Positions 57,701-64,000 of a DNA stretch of 64,000 nucleotides are shown here, in pieces. The DNA lies in assembly GCA_964035545.1 (NCBI GenBank), contig OZ037769.1:5065929-5129928 (forward strand), read 5' to 3'. A program made the position numbers and the translations under genes. The number at the start of each line of letters is the position of its first letter. Within the stretch, counting starts at the first letter, position 1. This DNA comes from Bugula neritina (lineage: Eukaryota; Animalia; Bryozoa). The notes beneath the pieces were generated by a model that was given only the letters and a program-made list of their open reading frames with translations, ran no database searches and was not told where the DNA came from.

Positions 57701-60325
57701 CATAAGGCGCAGCCATTAGATCGGCTTTTTCTGACAAGAATCTAAAAATCAAGATTACCTTTTATCTGTACAAGGCAAACAAAATGCCGATGTAACCGAT
57801 TAGAAACTCCATTCTCTTTAGATAGATAATATCAGCATGTAATACTGAATGTGCATGCTGAGGCTGTTCAATAAGATATATTACAACATACTTTCTTACT
57901 TTATAGTGTAACAGTGTGAGGAAATGATGTAGAATATTAGATTATTCTATATCCTTTAACATGACACATGGTTCAGGTGTTGATGCTGTGTATCCTTTAT
58001 TCTTCCACATGCATAGAAAGTACATGTTGGTGCAGGTGCCCTACGCACTAGAGCACCTTGCAACTGTCTACCATGCGCATTTTTGTGGGCATCATCTACG
58101 ATGGAGTAATCTCTCCTGCATCTTTATTCGCCACATTACATATAATTATATGACATGTAATACTACATTATGTAACAGATTTAGTATGCTTTCAGGTGGT
58201 GTTCCCATGACAACAATGTGTGGACCTACCTGTCATATATTGTGTTTATATGGTACAGTAGTAGATGAGAGGGGGTGCCTGACCTGCACATGCAGTAAGT
58301 AATTGGGTGTTGGCAGCTTATGGCAGGTGTCTGGCTAGAAAGTATACAATTCGGTTTATATAATGTAAAACAGAAGTTAACGATGGCAAATGAAAATTGT
58401 AAAACGTAAACACAGAACACATGTATGAAAAGATTTCTGTTTAAAAGTGAAGCAACATTTAATTTAAAACTTGTGGAAATATACAGTAGATAATGATGCT
58501 AAATTTACTGTATAAATTTTACAGAAGACGCTACCACTACCATGATCTCAGATTCTCAGCATTTACAGAAGGTTCTGCAAGAGTTCTGGTGGGCTTTTCT
58601 TATTGCCGTCATCATTCTCATCATTGTCATTGTCGTAGTGGGGGTATTCTGCTGGTACAGGAGAACTAAGCTGTAAGTTTCTCAGATGTGTTCATCTAGA
58701 GGTTATGTAACAGTTTAGTCGCAATGACTTCTTAATGTACTAAATCTAGGGCTGTACCTTCCAGTTGCTAGTGCTTGAGCTACTTACACTCTGTTACCCA
58801 GTATGACCAATAAACTAAGACTTCCTTGTTATAGTTCAATGAGTATGACTATATTTTCAAATTAGTTTCCATTACTTCGATTATGCCAATGGATGCTCAT
58901 ACATGAATTAGTGGTTTTGGTTTGCATGAATTTATGGTTGTGTTTTCATTCGGATCCATCCGAACAGTTTCTAAGCACCAAATGAAAAATCCATTCACGT
59001 AATGCAAGCTTGAAGCCTAGCGGTTTTAATATTGTGGTTTTTAGCTTCAGTTTTTATAGTGAAATGTACATAAATTATTCTATTTTGTATATATTATGAG
59101 ATTTGGCCAAATTCTTTTAGTAATGAATAAAATTTTTCAAATTTCACCACAGCTAAAATCAATTGCACACAGTGACATATGTTTTTGAATTTGCATATCT
59201 GGGTTATTAAATACATAGAGAACAAAGGGAACGAGAGCGAATAGCCCAATACTGCCCAGGTGACACCCTGTTGAAGGCTAACTCTGCCTTCCATTTGGCA
59301 CTGCAACAGCAGAATGCAGAGTACAGCGAAGACACTCTGGAGGTGCAGAGGAGGTACCGGGGTGACGTCCCCGACTTTGGAGTTGGAATAGAAGATAAGG
59401 AAACAGTCTTTGACATCAACAGCTATCATACTGATCACACAAAGGAGTATAGTTTAGAGGTAAATGTGTTTTACTGTATTCAAGTTCAGTCTCTCAAATA
59501 GGAAAAAGGCTTTTCATGAGAGCTAAAATTTATTAGGACTTACACTGCACATGGCATTTCATAGCTTATAGGCAGAGTTAGTTCGAATTTCTTTGATTAG
59601 CCATATATCAACCCACAAAGGTTTGATTATTGCACTTGAAATGTCTACACTATTTAACATATTCTGTTACCTCACATGCTGCTTCCACAGAGTCAGTCAT
59701 ATCTTACAGGTAATCACGCTTGTTTTCAGCTGCTTGGCCAGCCCTGCATATTATTTTCTTGTTGGTACATAAATATCTCTTTGCAATTGCTTTAAGCTTC
59801 AATTTCAATCCTACCTGCACCAAACTTCAACAATGAGAGTAACTTAAAAACGCAGTAACTCCACTACTAGTTGAAAAAGCAACTCCAAAAGGCTGAGCTT
59901 TAACCACATATGCAACTGCCTTGCGCCGATGTGAATCAAAATCCATGCTGCATAACTAAAGACTATTTTCCAATGACTCAAGTGTATAATTATGAGCAAT
60001 TGAAGAGAACGATTGATTGTGGAATGTTTTGCTTCGTAATTAAAGTTGCAGGAAAGATCATTGACTTGGGTAATTACAGGGGAAAGAACCGTCGACAGCG
60101 TGTGACGGAGTGACCAGTACTACTAGTAAACAGACGCAGACGCCATCTATGAGCAGCGACAATCGGAGATTACCAGATGTGGTTGGGTCGTCAACTCCAC
60201 ACAACCTAAATTTAGAACAAATTGAGTTGGGAATACACTTCCGGACAATTTCTCAGATTAGTTTTGATGAAGTAGATTATAATCTATCCCAGCCTGGGAC
60301 TCCAACCAAGTTGACAGAGTTGTAA
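54738..60325 (+). CDS. Type I transmembrane mucin-like protein with antistasin-type domain
   Basis: Exons 54738-55627 and 56071-57498 (Thr/Ser/Ala/Pro-rich, many NxS/T), 58196-58294 (CGPTCHILCLYGTVVDERGCLTCTC), 58525-58672 (TM FWWAFLIAVIILIIVIVVVGVFCWY, then RRTK), 59219-59459 and 60080-60325 (ends KLTEL*). All junctions are GT-AG and phase-compatible. The start is either ATG 54757 or in upstream exons. Confidence 0.85.
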
Positions 60326-61171
60326 CACGTAAGCTGCTGTATTTGTGAATCTATTATAGACGGTTATTACAGCAATAAGTTAGGATACTGATATAGGGTA
60401 GGAGCAGCACCAGGAACTGTGTCAAACTAGAGTCTATTTAGAATTAGAATACATTCCAAACAGTGTCTATGGTTTATGAAACCATCAGTCAGTTGTACTA
60501 CATACAATGCAATTTTTGATTATAAAAAACACACCTGTAAATTCGCTACTTTAATATGCATGTAAATTAAAAAGCAATATTTTCTATTTATATTTTAGCT
60601 TCTCAGAGGCAAATTAATGTACATTTTGATATTGTTACATATATTTTTGTTAACCAACCATAATTGCATGAATCTTTATTGATATGTTTTTTTTAAAAGA
60701 ATAATACTATTTTCAATTTGTTATGGAACAGCATGATTTTTAAGACACCATCAAATTTTTTATCAATCTATCTAACGACAACTGGAGCATTGTGAATAAT
60801 TAATGCATTGCTGCGAATGTTAGCACAAAACACAGGGGCAGACAATCCTTTAAAACCACCATAGTCACTAAAGTAAAACTGAAAACCCAGAATGACAACT
60901 TGAAACAATAATCTGATTGCACAAGTTTACGATCAACCAATTTCATGTTTTATAAAATCAGAAGTTTAGAACTATAATATGCTCAATAATGGATGAAAAA
61001 GTTTATCACTAAAGTGTCTGCCTCCATTAGATGTAATGTTGCTTATGTGTACCAACTCTACATGTTATGAAATAGGTCGAATTTTGATAGCCAGAAACTA
61101 CATTTCTAGCACGTTAAGACTCAACGCAAGTTTCCTAACCGCCTGGTGACTAAACTTTAATAATACACTCT

Positions 61172-61333
61172 GGATTTTTCTATAAGCAACTCTGAGTTGG
61201 GGGTGACTGAGTGCAATAGATTAAGGTTCTTCAGCTTAGAGTTAGGATTTCCTGAACCTCCAACTCAAAACTCGAAAACCTTCAACTACTGCCTCGGTCA
61301 CCGCCAACTCCGAGCTGCTTACGGAATGATTCC
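61172..61333. mobile_element. Foldback MITE family copy 3
   Basis: TAAGCAACTCTGAGTTGGGGGTGACTGAG ... CTCGGTCACCGCCAACTCCGAGCTGCTTA inverted arms; same family as the two furin-intron copies. Confidence 0.75.
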
Positions 61334-61709
61334 AGAACTTCAGTTTTTCTACAGTCACAGTTTTTATGGCTAACCTAAGATGATAGCTATGTAAGGCAAC
61401 AAATGTTTTAGAGTTTTGTCTATCAGTTAAGTTGCATTATACATGTGTACATTCTAGGGCCTAGGCCATTGTCCACTAAACCCAAATTACTGATTGAAAA
61501 TACAAGCCTTCCACAAACAACTTGTCAATAAGAAATTAATAAACAGATAACATGAAGTGGAGATAAAAGCTGAGATAGCACTAGAAAGATCAAAAAAGCT
61601 GTTGAGATTTCATATGACGTATTAAAAAATTTATTACATGACCTCCACAGTTAAAACCGCCAATAACAACAATTAGTTTATATATATACAGTATATAAAG
61701 GTGAAACAT

Positions 61710-63925
61710 TCAGTTATTATGTACAGGTTCAGTCTTTGCAAGCTGTTCATTGGTGGATCCCGTCTTTTCAGACTTGACTTTCTCAGAGGAAGTTTCATCA
61801 AGGCCATTGGGCTGAGACTCTATAACATACATGTGAGATGCTGCAGAGAAAGTGCATCAAGTATAATTAGAGAAATTATAATCACACAGTACACTCAAGA
61901 GTATGGGCACCTACATAAATGTATTGAACATGACCTAGACTTTATAGCAATTGTTTCATGAAATATCAAAAATTGAATAAACAAACGACAACATATTATG
62001 TGATATAACATATACTGTGATATAATATGTACTATGACATCATATTATATACTATACACCACCAATTACATTATGCTATAGTAGGCAGTGACAGACTGCC
62101 AAATTATTAAAAGACCAGCCAAAAAACATGATGTTTAATAATGCCTGATTCAACAATACCTCTCACAGCAGAATCTCTACCAGTAGTTTTCCTCTCTTTT
62201 TCTTCAACTCCAATGTTATGGTCTACATTACCCACAATCCTGTGCAAATCTTTGCTGACACTACCTAGTAAAGTCTTTAGACTGCTTGCCTCTTCCTAGA
62301 GCAGATAAAACCATCTATGACCTACACCTTGCGCTAGAGAACTGCAGTTTAGACCAGGCAAATCACACATTTACTAGAGACTTATGAATAAAAGTAAACT
62401 AAAACATATTTTCTACTTGATTAAAGGGTAACACATTTAGGGTATAGTGAAGAAGATAATCGTCAGATATGTAGCACAGCAACTGAAAAATGGAGAGATA
62501 TATTTGCAACAAATCTCTTTGTATGACTGCTTAGAACGTTTATGCCTTTCTTAACACGACTTATTGAGTGTGAAAGCGAGTCCCCCAAACCAGTACACAA
62601 CTACACACCTACATTTCCCCCCTAAGACTGGTTAGTAATGCCTGCAGAAGCATCACAGGACGTGACATAATCAACATGACCTGCTCAATATATGTTTTAT
62701 AAAATAGAAATATTTAGTACAATGTTTCACTAGACAGTAGAGAGATATCAAGCAATGACATGTTGGCAGAGTAACTTACATGTTTTCTATCCCTCTCAGT
62801 GCGGGCACCCTGTAACTTCTCATTCAATAGACTCTGTTCTGACGTTAGCTTCTTCACAGCTTCTTCGCTAGACTCAAGTTTCTTAGTCAGGGACTCTACA
62901 AGCAATCAAAAAAAAGTCTTGAAAATCTTTAATTAACTGCAGCATTTGACAGGTTGAGAGAAAAACCGACTAATTCAAACATGAATGTACCAACAAGTAT
63001 GGCTGACAAGCTGCCTATTTTCTATTTCCTCTGAGTAGACAATTTCAAAGGCCAAAACCACCAACTGCTGGTTTATCTATTCAACTGCAGGAAGTATGGA
63101 GAGCATTCACAGGCCAACTATGATACTACAATGAATAAAATCAGTTTATTCAGTAAATTCCTTTATAACTCGGATAATTTTACATTCGCACCATTTTGGA
63201 CGAGCAGAGTTTTCATTTCCTGTTCTACTCTAAGTCTATTCTCTTCACTGTGATCCAGTCGACTCATGACCTTGTCCAACTCTAGTACCGCCCCCTTGAA
63301 CATCACCACACCCTCGGCATTGAGGGAGTTGTCCGCATTTTCTGCTGACTCACCTTCCGTGTTGTCTGCCTTCTGCTTGCCGCGATTTCCTGCAACAATA
63401 TGCTGCCTAAGACTTTCAACTAACAGAAATATGCTGCCTAAGACTTTCAACTAACAGAAATATGCTGCCTAAGACTTTCAACTAACAGAAATATGCTGCC
63501 TAAGACTTTCAACTAACAGAAATATGCTGCCTAAAGCTTTTAATCAACAGAAATATGCTGCCTAAGGTTTTCAACACGAATGAAGATAAGATCAAAAGAC
63601 AAAAATTGGTTACAAACTAACAAATGAATAGAATTATAGCAGATATTTACAATATGAATTGCAAAGTCAGTGAAATTAATTTAGATGGTGAAACTAACAG
63701 GCAATTGGAAAATTGAAAGTAACTCAATTTCTTTGAAGCAATAAGTAAACACGTTGGAGATATTCAATAGCAGAGAAGCAAACCTTTGGCCAGCTCAACA
63801 ATGTCAAGGTCAACTTCAGTCTTGGCTTCAGTGACGGCATTTTCTGGTTGATCCGTTAATTTCCTGTACAGAATGACATTGTCTCTACCCTGAGGCGTCT
63901 TGAACTTCTGCACCAGCTCTCGCAT
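61710..63925 (-). CDS. Unidentified coiled-coil protein, 3' portion (probably continues beyond window)
   Basis: Exons 63925-63784, 63389-63192, 62895-62780, 62295-62160 and 61840-61710 join in frame (MRELVQKFKTPQGRDNVILYRKL...LELDKVMSRLDHSEENRLRVEQEMKTL...ESLTKKLESSEEAVKKLTSEQSLLNEKLQ...PVHNN*). Heptad-like E/K/L-rich segments. Family not recognised. Confidence 0.8.
63397..63575. repeat. 31-bp minisatellite, ~6 copies
   Basis: Unit AATATGCTGCCTAAGACTTTCAACTAACAGA, directly beside the acceptor at 63390. Confidence 0.95.
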
Positions 63926-63970
63926 CTGCATAATTTATATATATTTATATATGTATATATCAAGTGACAT

Positions 63971-64000
63971 GGGGCAGCCGTGGTCTAGGGCATTTGCCTA
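63971..64000 (+). mobile_element. SINE 5' end truncated by window edge
   Basis: GGGGCAGCCGTGGTCTAGGG...TTTGCCTA matches the head of the 1343-1504 copy. Confidence 0.5.

Overview
AT-rich, intron-rich animal genomic DNA, probably an invertebrate protostome (inference). No prokaryotic features, rRNA, intact tRNA or CRISPR array were found. Spliced genes were reconstructed by hand from GT-AG sites and phase continuity: (1) an unrecognised ~285-aa gene on + (about 3099-5922); (2) INSIG on - (12628 to at least 8648), with a U12-type minor intron; (3) a furin-1-like proprotein convertase on - (34653-16705), whose last P-domain strand is encoded twice, in a large cassette exon X and a small exon B; (4) RXYLT1/TMEM5 on + (37092-42085), head-to-head with furin; (5) a ~1,010-1,030-aa type I membrane mucin on + (54738-60325) with a membrane-proximal antistasin-type module and a tail carrying KxTQT (LC8) and C-terminal TEL (PDZ) motifs; (6) the 3' part of an unidentified coiled-coil gene on - (63925-61710). 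Non-coding parts hold a TTAA-flanked Kolobok-like non-autonomous element, a three-copy foldback MITE family, a tRNA-headed SINE family, palindromes and many micro/minisatellites. The best candidates for under-described biology are the mucin-antistasin membrane protein, the furin duplicated-strand splicing cassette and the unrecognised gene.
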